A DNA stretch of 64,000 bases from Balanoglossus misakiensis (lineage: Eukaryota; Animalia; Hemichordata), in assembly GCA_040954595.2 (NCBI GenBank), contig CM082595.2, positions 8,476,317 to 8,540,316 of the forward strand. Reading direction: 5' to 3'. Below the pieces are notes generated by a model, which was not told the origin of the DNA, searched no databases, and saw only the letters and a program-made list of their open reading frames with translations. Each line of letters begins with the position of its first letter. Within the stretch, counting starts at the first letter, position 1. A program made the translations under genes and the position numbers. Positions 63,361 to 64,000 of the stretch are shown here, piece by piece.

Positions 63361-63960
63361 TTATCAACATTTTCAGTTTCATAATCCTTCTGGATGTCTT
63401 TGTCAGAAAATTTTGACAGCAGCCAAAAACTTTCTCTGCCATACTCACAATAAGAGAAAGCTTGCACCTGTGTTTTACTGTTAAATTACCACACCACAAA
63501 ATACTGTAAAACGGGTTATTTTCGCAAGCAACTAATTTTTGCGAAATACGCGAGAGCCAACAAAATGTGAAAATAAAAAGTTGCGTAAAATGTTTTTCGG
63601 AGATAAAGATGCAATGAAATACAAGAACATGAAAATTAATCCTCGCATAACAGTTGCCTCTTTTAATATCGCAAAAATTTCCTGTCACGAAAATAATCCG
63701 TTTTACAGTAATATTGAAGGTCAGAATGCTTTTGATGAGAGAACAATACACCAGTTGCAAAGTATCTTGACTAACATAAAAATGATTGAATTTTCTGAAG
63801 AAGATATAATCTCGCAGTTGGTGTGTTGTTTCCTCATCAAAAGCATTCTGACCTTCAATATTATTCTGTTGAGCTTTACATGCAATCTAGTCTATATATG
63901 TTCAGAGGCGATTTTATCATCGGTAACAGATCCTAAATACTAAAAGAGCATAAAATGACT
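63361..63960 (-). pseudogene. Decayed Rex1-like LINE 3' fragment
   Basis: LVYCSLIKSILTFNI..LWCGNL..KLSLIVSMAEKVFG parallels FYRAVVEGVLTVSIAVWYG..SAERIIG at 2355-2759; short internal duplication. Confidence 0.6.
63504..63708. mobile_element. TA-target (Tc1/mariner-type) MITE inside the LINE fragment
   Basis: TA|CTGTAAAACGGGTTATTTTCG..CGAAAATAATCCGTTTTACAG|TA. Confidence 0.8.
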
Positions 63961-64000
63961 GCGACAGATACTTTGTTAGTTGTAACAGGTGTGAAATAAG

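Overview
AT-rich, repeat-dense eukaryotic DNA with spliceosomal introns; the repeat types suggest a marine invertebrate (inference only). 1-1705 is the 3' end of a Transib/RAG1-related transposon with a convergent ~200-aa partner gene and a CAC-type terminus. ~1.8-33.7 kb is an ~80-bp satellite array invaded by a Rex1/Babar-type LINE fragment, three Helentron-like (HINE) families and a Harbinger MITE, partly amplified as 2.7/3.0-kb higher-order units. 34-47 kb holds decayed DNA transposons, including a spliced ~6-kb RAG1/Transib-fold transposase pseudogene. 47703-55657 is a complete IS3EU-type transposon (TAT..ATA ends, 6-bp TSD TAAAAC, palindrome-array TIRs) with an intact spliced integrase-type DDE transposase and a convergent SAM-like/HECT E3 ligase gene. 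The transposase intron carries a ~170-bp antisense copy of its own catalytic-core exon, predicting a self-targeting pre-mRNA hairpin. 55.7-64 kb has nested MITEs and one MED25-like exon. Family assignments are from motif recognition by eye, not database searches.
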